Source: an uncultured Methanomassiliicoccaceae archaeon
GTDB taxonomy: Archaea; Thermoplasmatota; Thermoplasmata; Methanomassiliicoccales; UBA472
NCBI GenBank assembly: GCA_964354665.1
Contig: CAYHAO010000001.1
Location: forward strand, 13,520 to 77,519
Length of the DNA: 64,000 nt
Reading direction: 5' to 3'
The position numbers were made by a program, and so were the translations under genes. The notes below the pieces were generated by a model. The model had not been told where the DNA came from, ran no database searches, and saw nothing but the letters and a program-made list of their open reading frames with translations. Shown one piece after another: positions 27,132-37,220 of the stretch (position 1 is its first letter; every line of letters begins with the position of its first letter).

Positions 27132-28211
27132 CTAGCATATCCTCTTCTTGAGTTCCCCGATGCAGGTAACCGGGCTCGGGTCGACGCCCTTCAGGACAGC
27201 AAGATAGAAGGACGTGAAGTCACCAAGCATGATGCCCATTAGCGATGACTCCAGTGGCGTCCTGCCAGAAAGCTCGATGGAGAGGGGGCGCAGTTTCGCC
27301 TCACGCATCAGCTGTATGGCGACCTCCATCTTCTCCCCCAGGTTGCCCTTAGAGCTGGCAGGCTTGAGGAAGACCGGGAGCATTTCCATGCTTGGATGCC
27401 CTTCCACCCAGCCCACGATCTGGTTGTGGTTCATCTCCGGGAACTCGCCAGAGAAGGCCATCATCTTGGCGTTCTCGTTTATCTGCGTCTGCCAGCGATA
27501 GGCCACGGTCCTAAAGGTCCTAGGCGCGTATATCACCGGGACCTTTCCCTTGAGCTTGAGCGCGGTCTTCTTGGCCATGTTCGCATCCGTCGGCACACCG
27601 GGGGAAAGGTTCTCCCTTAGGTCGGCCATGGCCAGCTGCGCCAAGGCCAGGTCCTTCTTCACTGGAGCTATGCCCGCGGCATCCAAAACCGCCGCCTCCG
27701 CCCCAAGGAGGTATCCGAGCGCGGCCCGGGGCTGAAGGCCGGCTGGGACCCTTACCAAGGGCACCCCGTCCGCCTCCGCCGACCTCGATAGCTCTCCCCC
27801 TGACGCGATGGCCACCATGGCGCAACCGCGCTCCCTGGACCTCTTGTAAAGCTCCATGACCTCCCAGGTGTTGCCGGAGTAGCTTACCATGACGACTAAA
27901 GTGTTCTTGCAGACCCAACGAGGGAGCTCGACCCCCCTGACCACGCTGATCGGTCTGTCGGAGATAGAGGATGCATAATCGACCAGGACGTCCCCACCCA
28001 CCGCCGACCCTCCCATCCCGATGATGGCCACGCCGTTGGGGATACTGGCCAGTTGCACGTCCCATTGGAGCGCGGCCTTGAGCTGATCGGGAAGCCCGGT
28101 GATCTGCTCCAGCATCGAGCTCTTGTCCAATGAGCGCATCGCGGCCAGGTCATCCAAAGGGCCAGACATCATCCGCGCATCGGCGTGCTTGAATATAATC
28201 ATGTGAGTCAT
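27132..28211 (-). CDS. Bifunctional phosphoglucose/phosphomannose isomerase (SIS domains)
   Basis: SIS motif IIGMGGSAVGGD and the archaeal PGI/PMI family pattern. The start is set at ATG 28211 (MTHMIIF); the longer track ORF would overlap the ribB promoter. Confidence 0.8.
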   Translation of the reverse strand: MTHMIIFKHADARMMSGPLDDLAAMRSLDKSSMLEQITGLPDQLKAALQWDVQLASIPNGVAIIGMGGSAVGGDVLVDYASSISDRPISVVRGVELPRWVCKNTLVVMVSYSGNTWEVMELYKRSRERGCAMVAIASGGELSRSAEADGVPLVRVPAGLQPRAALGYLLGAEAAVLDAAGIAPVKKDLALAQLAMADLRENLSPGVPTDANMAKKTALKLKGKVPVIYAPRTFRTVAYRWQTQINENAKMMAFSGEFPEMNHNQIVGWVEGHPSMEMLPVFLKPASSKGNLGEKMEVAIQLMREAKLRPLSIELSGRTPLESSLMGIMLGDFTSFYLAVLKGVDPSPVTCIGELKKRIC

Positions 28212-28238
28212 CAAATGCCGTTCTGGGAAAGAAGCAAC

Positions 28239-28254
28239 TACCATTGGAATGGTA
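28239..28254. promoter_or_regulatory. 16-bp perfect palindrome TACCATTGGAATGGTA in the pgi/ribB divergent promoter (candidate rib operator)
   Basis: The arms TACCATT and AATGGTA are separated by GG. It lies 52 nt upstream of the ribB ATG (28306) and 28 nt upstream of the pgi ATG (28211). Confidence 0.35.
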
Positions 28255-28305
28255 ACTACAAAGCGATTAATATCGTCACCAATGATTCGAGCTGAAAGTG
28301 GCAGA

Positions 28306-29009
28306 ATGGACGACAACGTGGATAGGGCCGTTGAGTGCCTGAGGCACGGGCGCTTCGTCTTGGTCTACGACTTCGATGACCGGGAGCGGGAGACGGACAT
28401 GGTGGTGGCTTCGGAGTTCGTCAGGCCGGAGACCATCCGCACCATGCGCAAGGACGCGGGCGGGCTCATATGTACGACCGCCAGCCATGAGATCTCGGAG
28501 AAGCTACAATTGCCCTTCCTGGTCGATGTCCTGGCCTGCAACTACGGCAGCTATCCCATGTTAAGGAAGCTGGCCCCCAACGACATACCCTATGACACCA
28601 AGTCCGCTTTCTCCATAACCATCAACCATCGAAAGACTTTCACGGGCATAACCGACCGGGACCGGGCTATGACCACCTCGGAGTTCGCCAAGCTGGCCAA
28701 GTATGCGCTTAGCAATGGGTTCGAGGAGGCGAGGGAGGAGTTCGGCCGCAACTTCCGCTCCCCTGGTCACGTTCATCTGCTGAATGCCAGCAAGCAGCTC
28801 CTTGTTGCGAGGAAGGGGCACACCGAGCTGTGCACCGCTCTCATCACCATGTCCGGGCTGACCGCGTCGGCCACCATCTGCGAGATGATGGGGGATGACG
28901 GGAACGCCCTGGGCAAGGAAAAGGCCAAAGAATATGCCAAGAGGCACGACCTGTGCTTCTTGGAAGGCAGCGAGATCATCGAGGCCTGGACCGAATCGAG
29001 GAAGGCGAG

Positions 29010-29013
<4 letters not shown>
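28306..29013 (+). CDS. ribB: 3,4-dihydroxy-2-butanone 4-phosphate synthase
   Basis: MDDNVDRAVECLRHGRFVLVYDFDDRERETDMVV matches a typical DHBPS N-terminus. The stop overlaps the ribL start (ATGA). Confidence 0.9.
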
Positions 29014-29929
<916 letters not shown>

Positions 29930-29933
29930 GGAG

Positions 29934-30344
29934 ATGAAGAGATACAACCTGGGATTCGTGGTTTCGGAATATAACTTCGACATAACTTCCATGATGCTCG
30001 AGCGGGCCAAGGCGCACGCCGAGTTCCTGGAGGCGAACGTGGCCAAGGTGGTAATGGTGCCGGGCGTGTTCGACATGCCCTTGGCGGTGAAGAGGCTCGT
30101 CCAAAGCAAGGACATCGATGGCGTGGTGACCCTCGGTTGCGTGATCGAGGGCGAGACCGACCACGACCAGATCGTGATTCAGAACGCCGCGAGGAAGATG
30201 GCGGACCTCTCCGTGGAGTTCGGGAAGCCGGTGTCGTTGGGCGTAAGCGGGCCGGGAATGACCAGGCTCCAGGCGCAGGACCGTGTGGAGAACGCCAAGC
30301 AGGCGGTCGAGTCCTGCGTCAAGATGCTGAAGCGCCTCGAGTGA
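29934..30344 (+). CDS. ribH: 6,7-dimethyl-8-ribityllumazine synthase
   Basis: 136 aa. VPGVFDMPLAVKRL and LGCVIEGETDHD are typical RibH segments. GGAG precedes the ATG. Confidence 0.9.
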   Translation: MKRYNLGFVVSEYNFDITSMMLERAKAHAEFLEANVAKVVMVPGVFDMPLAVKRLVQSKDIDGVVTLGCVIEGETDHDQIVIQNAARKMADLSVEFGKPVSLGVSGPGMTRLQAQDRVENAKQAVESCVKMLKRLE

Positions 30345-30375
30345 TCGGTCGCCTTCGATCCAGCTTTCCTTCGCC

Positions 30376-30642
30376 CTAGCCCAGGCCCGAGAAGAAGAGG
30401 GAGATGCGGTAGACAGCGGCTGCTATCATGGACGTGGAGACATCGAACCAAGCGGTGTCCTTGTACTCGAGGTACTTGAGAAAGGTTATGAGGGCGCCGT
30501 TTTGCGTCACTATCCAGGCATAGGCGGACCAAATTAGCATGCGCTCCTTGCGTGTCAGCACTGGTGACCATGATTCCCTCACCAATGTCGGGCTATGCAA
30601 GCGCAACTCTGCTCCCCCTATGGCCCCGCCTATTAAGGCCAA
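30376..30642 (-). CDS. Possible small membrane protein (weak)
   Basis: 88-aa ORF with a TTG start about 26 nt downstream of an AT-rich TTAATAT box. The C-terminal 54 aa are hydrophobic. It is otherwise unsupported. Confidence 0.25.
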   Translation of the reverse strand: MALIGGAIGGAELRLHSPTLVRESWSPVLTRKERMLIWSAYAWIVTQNGALITFLKYLEYKDTAWFDVSTSMIAAAVYRISLFFSGLG

Positions 30643-30829
30643 ATAAAAAAGCGCTGCTCTGATATTAATCTTTTTACCCTGACGCGGAACACGACCAGAG
30701 ACTGGCTTTCGAAGGGAAGCCTTGGTTTCCTCAAGGCCATGAACCTGGACGCGTTGATACTGACCTGGTCCGAGCTGGTCGGTTATGGGAGCCGGTTCGC
30801 TGGTTCTAGCAGGGCTTCGATGTCTGATG

Positions 30830-32020
30830 TCAATGCTTGCCCTTCATGAATTTGTCCAACCTGTCAAAGGCATCGGACAGCACTTCGACCGGCGGCAGGA
30901 AGACGCAGCGGAAGTGCCCGGACCCATAGGTCGGATCGAATCCCGAGCCGTGGACGAAGAGCACGTGGGTGTTGTACAGCACGTCCAGAACGAACTCCTT
31001 GTCCGTCCTCCATTTCTTGGAGAGGATCTTGGGGAAGATGTAGAACGCCCCCTTGGGCTTGGTGGTGGATATGCCATCGATCTCATTGAGGCGCTTGTAG
31101 GCGAAGTCCCCTCTCGCGCGTAGCTTCTCCCTGGTTGTATCCCAATGCTCCTGAGGGCCCTTCAGAGCTTCCAGGACGGCAAGCTGGCACGGATGGTTGG
31201 CGCAGAGGCGCAGGCGCAATTGCTTGACGAAGCCCTCCTTTATCTCCTCCAGCTCGCCCTTCGGGTCACGGAAGACGCTGTATCCCAATCTCCATCCGGG
31301 CAGGAGGTCGACCTTGGAGAAGCCGTTGAAGAGTATGACCGGCAGGTCCGGGGCCAATGTCGCGGGGGAATAATGCTCCCCTTCGAAGGTCATCATGTCA
31401 TAGATCTCGTCGGACATGATGAACAGGTCGTGCTCCCCGGCCACGTCCGTCATTTCCTTCAATACCTTTTTAGAGTAGAGCGCCCCGGTGGGATTGTTGG
31501 GGTTGATTATCACCAGGGCCTTGGTCTTCTTGGTTATCTTCTTGCGGATGTCATCGACGTCCGGCTGCCAGTCATTGGCCTCGTCCGTCTTGTACGCGAC
31601 CGGCACACCGCCGAAGTATTTGATGTACTCGATGTAGGAGGGATACGATGGGCCAGGGACCAGGACCTCCTCGCCCGGGTCCACGGAAGCGGCAATGATG
31701 TTGTTGATGCTCTCGCTCACCCCGTTGGTGATGAAGATGTCGTCCTCGGTGACGTCGATGTTGTTCTTCCTCTTCTCCTTCTCGGCCAAGGCCCTCCTGA
31801 GCTCGGGCACGCCCTCCTCGGCCGTGTATCCATTGTCGCATTCCTCGACCGCGCGGCAGAGCGCCTTACGAACGTGTTCGGGGGTCTCGAAGTCCCACTT
31901 GTTCGGGTCTCCGATGTTCAGCTTCACCACCTTCACACCGCTCTTCTCCAGCTCTCTGGCAGGAACGGTGACCTCACGTATGGCGTAATCTATGTTCATT
32001 GCCCGCTTGGTCGCGTGCAT
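30830..32020 (-). CDS. Class I aminotransferase, alanine aminotransferase-like
   Basis: MHATKRAMNIDYAIREVTVPARELEKSG resembles archaeal AlaAT N-termini. The PLP-Lys region is FNGFSKVDLLPGWRLGY. Confidence 0.85.
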   Translation of the reverse strand: MHATKRAMNIDYAIREVTVPARELEKSGVKVVKLNIGDPNKWDFETPEHVRKALCRAVEECDNGYTAEEGVPELRRALAEKEKRKNNIDVTEDDIFITNGVSESINNIIAASVDPGEEVLVPGPSYPSYIEYIKYFGGVPVAYKTDEANDWQPDVDDIRKKITKKTKALVIINPNNPTGALYSKKVLKEMTDVAGEHDLFIMSDEIYDMMTFEGEHYSPATLAPDLPVILFNGFSKVDLLPGWRLGYSVFRDPKGELEEIKEGFVKQLRLRLCANHPCQLAVLEALKGPQEHWDTTREKLRARGDFAYKRLNEIDGISTTKPKGAFYIFPKILSKKWRTDKEFVLDVLYNTHVLFVHGSGFDPTYGSGHFRCVFLPPVEVLSDAFDRLDKFMKGKH

Positions 32021-32147
32021 GTTACTCAGACTCACGCCCCTATCCATATTCTTATATTTCTACTTCTGGAACCTTGCTGCTAGGCGATTTGCGACGGCCC
32101 GAGTCTTTTTCGAAGGCTTTAATATCGAAGCGGCGCTCGCTGGTTGC

Positions 32148-34067
32148 ATGCCCTTGGTCAGGCTGGGCAAGATGCAATTGCGCTGGTGCCGCCGATGCAA
32201 CCTTCCTGTCCTCGAGGACGAGGGCTGCGGACTTTGCGGAGGTTCCACCCGAGAGGTCCAGCTCACGCCTCCAGGCGATATGAGGCCGGCGTTCGCCCAC
32301 GACCTTGAGTCGATCAAAGAGGTAGTCGATGGCCAGTTCGGGGAAGGATGCGGCGCGACCCTGCTCCCCGAGGGCAAGCTCGCCCTCATGAACAAGATAC
32401 CGGGGTTGGACCGCATGGACGAGGTCATCCTCGATGGAGAGGTGGTGGGCACCATGCGCTACGACCTCGGGAGAGGGTTCACGTTCGTTGGGCGCATGGC
32501 AGCGGCGAGGGCGATACAGTCCCGCATCACTAAGGGATTCGTCATCGCCTCCGACGACGCGGTCCCTTTCATCCTCCAAGGGCTGAACCTGCTCGCCCCT
32601 GGGGTGAAGGATGCGGACCCTTCCATCATTGCCGGGGACGAAGTGGTCGTGCTTACCGAGGACCGGAGGGCGATCTGCACGGGGATGGCGCGCATGACCG
32701 GCAAGGAGATGCTGATCGTCGAGAGGGGGATGGCGGTCAAGGCACGCTGGCATGCTGCGCCCGAGGGCGTTCCGCCGCCAACCGAGCCCAGGGTCTGGCA
32801 GGATGCCGTGGACGCCAACGCCAACGTCCTTGGTAGAAGGGTGGGGGAGGCGGTGGAGTTCATCCATCGCACCAGGGAGAGGTTCGGCCTCCCCAACATG
32901 ATATCGTTTTCCGGAGGCAAGGACAGCCTGGTGTGCCTTCTGCTCACCCTAGATGCGGGGCTGAGGTTGCCCGTCTTCTTCGTCGACACCGGTTTGGAGT
33001 TCCCCGAGACGGTCGAGCACGTGCATCGGGTGGCAGCCAAGCACCATCTCCCCCTCATCGTCGAAACCGCGCCTCCCGACGCCTTCTTCGGAAATTTGGA
33101 TTATTTCGGGCCTCCTGGAAGGGACTTCCGCTGGTGCTGCAAGACCAACAAGCTCGGTCCAACGGTCCGAGCAATAATAAAGCATTATCCCGAGGGCGTG
33201 CTCTCCTTCATCGGCCAGAGGAGGTACGAGTCGGAGCAACGTTCGGAGAAGCCGAGGGTGTGGAGGAACCCCTGGACACCGGGCCAGGTGGGCGCCTCGC
33301 CCATCCAGGAATGGACCGCCCTTCACGTCTGGCTATACATATTCTCCAAGAAGGAGGAGTACAACCCCTGGTACGACTGGGGGCTAGACCGGATCGGTTG
33401 CTTTCTCTGCCCCGCCTCGGACCTGGCCGAGCTGGAGCTGGTCATGGACCGCTCCTCCCGCTCCGAAGAATGGAAAGCCTATCTGCAACGGAGAGCGGAG
33501 ATAGAAGGTTGGTCTGAGGATTGGCTCAGATACGCGCTATGGCGGTGGCGCAGGCTTCCTGATGCCATCCGCAAAGACCTCGAGGACAAGGGGGCTTCGC
33601 TTCAGAGGATCGTCACCGAACGAAGCGGGACGAAGGAACCGATCCGCCTGCGGATGCAGGAGGGCATGTCCCCCTGCATAATGGGCTTCAGCATAGAGGG
33701 GGCGTTCAACCGCGAACTCGACCTCAAACGAGTGGCGAACGTCCTGTGCCAGCTAGGAGACGTGGAGGTGGACGAGCAGGAAGGCTGGTGCAAGGTGCTA
33801 GAGGTCAGGATATTCGATAGCGGGGCCTTGGTCGCCAAGGGCCGCGACCCCGATCAGATTAGGAAAAATGTGGAAAAGGTGCGCCGAGTCGTGGTTAAGG
33901 CCGAGGAATGCGTTGGCTGCGGGGTTTGCATCGCCAGATGCCATGAGGGTGCACTCACTTTGGAACGGAACAAGGTCCTTGTCGTGACAGCGGAGTGCAT
34001 TCATTGCGGTAGATGCACCGAACCTTGCCCGGCCATTAGCTTTGGCGATACCTCCTTCGAGCTCTGA
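32148..34067 (+). CDS. Zn-ribbon + PUA + PAPS-reductase-like PP-loop ATPase + 2x[4Fe-4S] ferredoxin fusion protein
   Basis: CRRCNLPVLEDEGCGLCGG; a PUA-like segment ending AICTGMARMTGKEM; the PP-loop SFSGGKDSLV; and C-terminal CVGCGVCIARC and CIHCGRCTEPCP. The start is set at ATG 32148. Confidence 0.8.
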   Translation: MPLVRLGKMQLRWCRRCNLPVLEDEGCGLCGGSTREVQLTPPGDMRPAFAHDLESIKEVVDGQFGEGCGATLLPEGKLALMNKIPGLDRMDEVILDGEVVGTMRYDLGRGFTFVGRMAAARAIQSRITKGFVIASDDAVPFILQGLNLLAPGVKDADPSIIAGDEVVVLTEDRRAICTGMARMTGKEMLIVERGMAVKARWHAAPEGVPPPTEPRVWQDAVDANANVLGRRVGEAVEFIHRTRERFGLPNMISFSGGKDSLVCLLLTLDAGLRLPVFFVDTGLEFPETVEHVHRVAAKHHLPLIVETAPPDAFFGNLDYFGPPGRDFRWCCKTNKLGPTVRAIIKHYPEGVLSFIGQRRYESEQRSEKPRVWRNPWTPGQVGASPIQEWTALHVWLYIFSKKEEYNPWYDWGLDRIGCFLCPASDLAELELVMDRSSRSEEWKAYLQRRAEIEGWSEDWLRYALWRWRRLPDAIRKDLEDKGASLQRIVTERSGTKEPIRLRMQEGMSPCIMGFSIEGAFNRELDLKRVANVLCQLGDVEVDEQEGWCKVLEVRIFDSGALVAKGRDPDQIRKNVEKVRRVVVKAEECVGCGVCIARCHEGALTLERNKVLVVTAECIHCGRCTEPCPAISFGDTSFEL

Positions 34068-34139
34068 CCCCTCTGAGGGTTAAGGTCAGAGGGGGCAGAG
34101 GACGTTCCTCGTATGCCCCCTCGTCCGGCGCGATTTCGC

Positions 34140-35396
34140 TCAGCGTACGAAGTCTATGCCGTCCTCGTCCTCCTGAGAGCGACCCCTCGCGGCGGGGGCG
34201 GGTGCCCCACCCATCTTCTGAGGTGCCTGCTGGCCGTAATTGGCGCCTAGCTTCTGGGTTGTGCTCTGCGCGTCCTTGCCCAGCACGTACTTGGACTGCG
34301 CTCCGGTCAGTATGAGCAGCACCTTGATGGTCCCTTCGATCTCGGGATCGATGGAGCACCCCCAGATGATGCGCGCGCGGTCGGCGATGGAGTTCATGAC
34401 CAGTTCCGAAGCCTTCTGAGCCTCGCTCACGGTCATGTCTGGACCTCCGACTACGCGGATGAGTGCGCCCTGGGCATGCTTGAGCTGGATTTCCCCTAGC
34501 AAAGGAGAATGCAGCGCCTCGTTCACTGCCGCCTTGACGCGGTCGTCCTCATCGGTGTTGGCCTCCCCGATGCCCACGAAGGCCACGCCACCCTCGTTCA
34601 TGACAGTCATGATGTCAGCATAGTCCAGGTTGACCAGGCCGGGCTTGGTTATGATCTCGGTCAGACCCTTGATGGTCTGCATCAGAACCTCATCGGCGAC
34701 CTTGAAGGCGGCATCCACTGGCAGCTTCGGAACCAGCTCTATGAGCTTGTCGTTCGGTATCACAATGGTGGTGTCACAGATAAGGCGCAGCTTGTTGAGC
34801 CCTTCCAGGGCGTTCTCCATTCGAACGGTGCCCTCGGCCTTGAAAGGCAAGGTCACCACGCCGATGGTCAAGGCGCGGACCTGTTCCTTGGATATCCTCG
34901 CCACGTAATGAGCGGCGCCAGTTCCGGTTCCGCCCCCCATTCCTGCTGTCACGAAGACGATGTTCGCCCCGCTCAGGAACTCGCGAATCTCCATGTCGCT
35001 CTCGCGAGCCGCCGCCTCCCCAACCTGGGGGATAGCCCCTGCGCCGAGGCCGCGGGTGGCCGTCTTGCCGATCAGGATCTTCTTAGGAGCCCTGACGGTC
35101 AATAGGTGCTTGGCGTCCGTGTTGATGGCGCATAATTGGGCGCCGCTGATTCCGGCGTCCACGCAGCGGTTGATGGTGTTGCAGCCGCCGCCTCCGCAAC
35201 CGATTATCTTGATACAGACATCGAGCTGCTCGGCGATCCTCCTCAGCTCCTCATCCGCAGCGCTCACAGGCGCGGGCGCTGGGGCGGGAGCCGCTTGAAC
35301 CGCCGGTGCATTCTTTTCCTTTTCCTGGCCCTCTTTATAGTTGGCTAGAGCATTCTTTACCAAAGAACTTGGCATAAGTGCATCCCTCTGCTCCAT
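34140..35396 (-). CDS. ftsZ: Cell division GTPase FtsZ (with about 55-aa Ala/Pro-rich N-terminal extension)
   Basis: [16 protein letters not shown] and the tubulin signature [12 protein letters not shown]. 418 aa. Confidence 0.9.
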   Translation of the reverse strand: MEQRDALMPSSLVKNALANYKEGQEKEKNAPAVQAAPAPAPAPVSAADEELRRIAEQLDVCIKIIGCGGGGCNTINRCVDAGISGAQLCAINTDAKHLLTVRAPKKILIGKTATRGLGAGAIPQVGEAAARESDMEIREFLSGANIVFVTAGMGGGTGTGAAHYVARISKEQVRALTIGVVTLPFKAEGTVRMENALEGLNKLRLICDTTIVIPNDKLIELVPKLPVDAAFKVADEVLMQTIKGLTEIITKPGLVNLDYADIMTVMNEGGVAFVGIGEANTDEDDRVKAAVNEALHSPLLGEIQLKHAQGALIRVVGGPDMTVSEAQKASELVMNSIADRARIIWGCSIDPEIEGTIKVLLILTGAQSKYVLGKDAQSTTQKLGANYGQQAPQKMGGAPAPAARGRSQEDEDGIDFVR

Positions 35397-35503
35397 AATC
35401 CAAAACCCTGGATATAAATATTCCTAGTACCCAGCATCCTTAGGAGAATATTCAGGACCTTCGCTCGACCGGCAAAGCTTTATTTTATATAAATATATAT
35501 AAA

Positions 35504-36667
35504 TTATGTTATAATCTTCAAGACGGGCTCGGGCCAAGGGAGCACGTGCACCGATAGTTCAGGCTCCAATCCTCGGAAGTACCGCTGATATATGTCCTCG
35601 GCGGTCTGGGACATCAGGTAGGAAGCGAGCTTCAGGATAACCAAGCCCATGATATAGAGGGATATCAGAGCGCTTCGATCCTTCCCCTCCAGGCGCTGCT
35701 TGGACTCATCCATGTACTGTCTGTAGTCCACGCTCATGTAGGACGTGAGCATCCTCAAACCCTCCTCGCGCTTGCCCGCGATCGCCTTGGAAGTCACTGA
35801 ATCGATGAAGCCTCTCATCCTAGCGATGACGAACACGTCCGTGCCAGACATGTGCCCATAATCCAGATTTGGCTTTTCGTCAAATGAGCCCATAACCATA
35901 CGCCCCAAGCGGTTGAGGTCCCTCCTGATGAAGGATTCCAGCGTCCTCAACTCGATTATTTCTTTTGTCTCGTCCACTGTCCTATTCTTGCTGGCATGTA
36001 TCGCCCGCTTCAGGGGTTCTGCAATCTGGCCGTCATAGGCTCCCATCCGTGTGAGGTCCGGGGCCATCTTCAGCATCTCGGTAACATAGCCTTTGAGCGT
36101 GTCCGCAGTCCGATGACGTTGCTTGATGAAATCCAGACATGCAGCGATGTCTTGGAGCGCCTGGATGGTCTCACCCTCGAGATAACTGTCTTTGGAGACC
36201 TCAACCAAAGCCTCGATGTCACTCACAGGCATCTCCTTGTTACGGGCCATGGCGATGAGAAGGTAGGTGTGCTCATAGAACGAGGCATAGGTTGTGGCAT
36301 GGAATCCTCGCTTAGCGCTTAGATAAATCACAGCATTGCGACGTATCACCTGGTTCGGATAAACGATGCTTTCCAGGACAGCTCTCATCCCTTTTTTGCT
36401 CCTGGTGCTTTTTTCCAAGAGGCTATGGACAAAATCCACGACCTTTTCATTCTCATGGTCAAGATTCTTCAGAAGGATAGCCACGGCGGTGTTCGGGTCC
36501 TCCTCGACCATTTTCAACAAACGGCGTTCAATCCTTTTCTTCTCCCCAGGGAAATGGATAGATCGAACTAAGCCTGATTCGATTTTGGCAGCTCTTTGTT
36601 GTCTAAGAGCTGGGCTATTCGTCACCCCGTTTTCCCCCTCGCCCAGAGATGAAGAGGTATTTGTCAT
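35504..36667 (-). CDS. Hypothetical all-alpha protein, compositionally atypical (lower GC)
   Basis: 387-aa ORF bracketed by AT-rich tracts. Hand-counted lines are 42-50% GC. There is one hydrophobic segment near the C-terminus (ALISLYIMGLVILKLASYLM). No motif recognised. Confidence 0.6.
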   Translation of the reverse strand: MTNTSSSLGEGENGVTNSPALRQQRAAKIESGLVRSIHFPGEKKRIERRLLKMVEEDPNTAVAILLKNLDHENEKVVDFVHSLLEKSTRSKKGMRAVLESIVYPNQVIRRNAVIYLSAKRGFHATTYASFYEHTYLLIAMARNKEMPVSDIEALVEVSKDSYLEGETIQALQDIAACLDFIKQRHRTADTLKGYVTEMLKMAPDLTRMGAYDGQIAEPLKRAIHASKNRTVDETKEIIELRTLESFIRRDLNRLGRMVMGSFDEKPNLDYGHMSGTDVFVIARMRGFIDSVTSKAIAGKREEGLRMLTSYMSVDYRQYMDESKQRLEGKDRSALISLYIMGLVILKLASYLMSQTAEDIYQRYFRGLEPELSVHVLPWPEPVLKIIT

Positions 36668-36727
36668 TATTAATATTGTCCCAGAATATGAATTGATAAT
36701 AAATAATATTATTAAATAAATAAATTT

Positions 36728-36741
36728 TATATTATAATATA
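36728..36741. promoter_or_regulatory. AT-only palindrome TATATTATAATATA in divergent promoter (bidirectional TATA/operator candidate)
   Basis: Perfect 14-nt palindrome. The same core recurs at 40244-40259. Confidence 0.3.
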
Positions 36742-36858
36742 TTTTTTAGCTGCAAACAAGGAAATCTGGAACTTGTTCAACGACTTGATGGCGATGAGAA
36801 AAGGTTTTTATGTGGGCTTCATAATTATTGACCGCAGCCTCGGAGGTCGTGGGGACAA

Positions 36859-37218
36859 ATGGGTGAACTTGCTCATATCAGGAACGTCTTGGAAGAGATT
36901 AAGCGCCTAGAGCATGTCATCGGGGTCTGCTTGATATCGAGAGGTGGGCTGTTCATTTTGGGTGAGACTCCAAAGGGCGTTCATCAAGAGACGTTCGCCG
37001 CCATGGCCGCCATAATGCTAGGTGCAGCAGAGACCTCCTCAGCAGAACTGAAGGATACCCTGAGCCAAGTTCAGATAAACCTAAAGGAGAAAGATATCAT
37101 CCTTATTGGTGCTGGAGCCCGATACCTACTGGCCATAGTGATGGATGGAAAAGGGGATAACGACAAGGTCGCGAAGCACGCCAGCCAGATAATAGGTCGC
37201 GTCGAAATCACGATCTAA
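36859..37218 (+). CDS. Roadblock/LC7 (MglB-like) domain protein
   Basis: 119 aa. LEEIKRLEHVIGVCLISRGGLFILGE...AAMAAIMLGAAETSSAEL is the typical Robl_LC7 pattern. GGAGGT lies 12 nt upstream of the ATG. Confidence 0.75.
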   Translation: MGELAHIRNVLEEIKRLEHVIGVCLISRGGLFILGETPKGVHQETFAAMAAIMLGAAETSSAELKDTLSQVQINLKEKDIILIGAGARYLLAIVMDGKGDNDKVAKHASQIIGRVEITI

Positions 37219-37220
37219 GG

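Noticed and set aside
31145-32083. 312-aa plus-strand ORF antisense to the alanine aminotransferase
   Set aside because: The opposite strand encodes a full-length class I aminotransferase with a PLP-Lys motif. This frame shows no motifs and typical GC-artifact composition.
35470-35510. AT-rich tracts (also 36668-36760, 40230-40275, 50110-50150) considered as CRISPR leader, repeat or IS termini
   Set aside because: There are no regularly spaced direct repeats and no terminal inverted repeats bracketing a transposase. The positions fit archaeal TATA/promoter regions of flanking genes.
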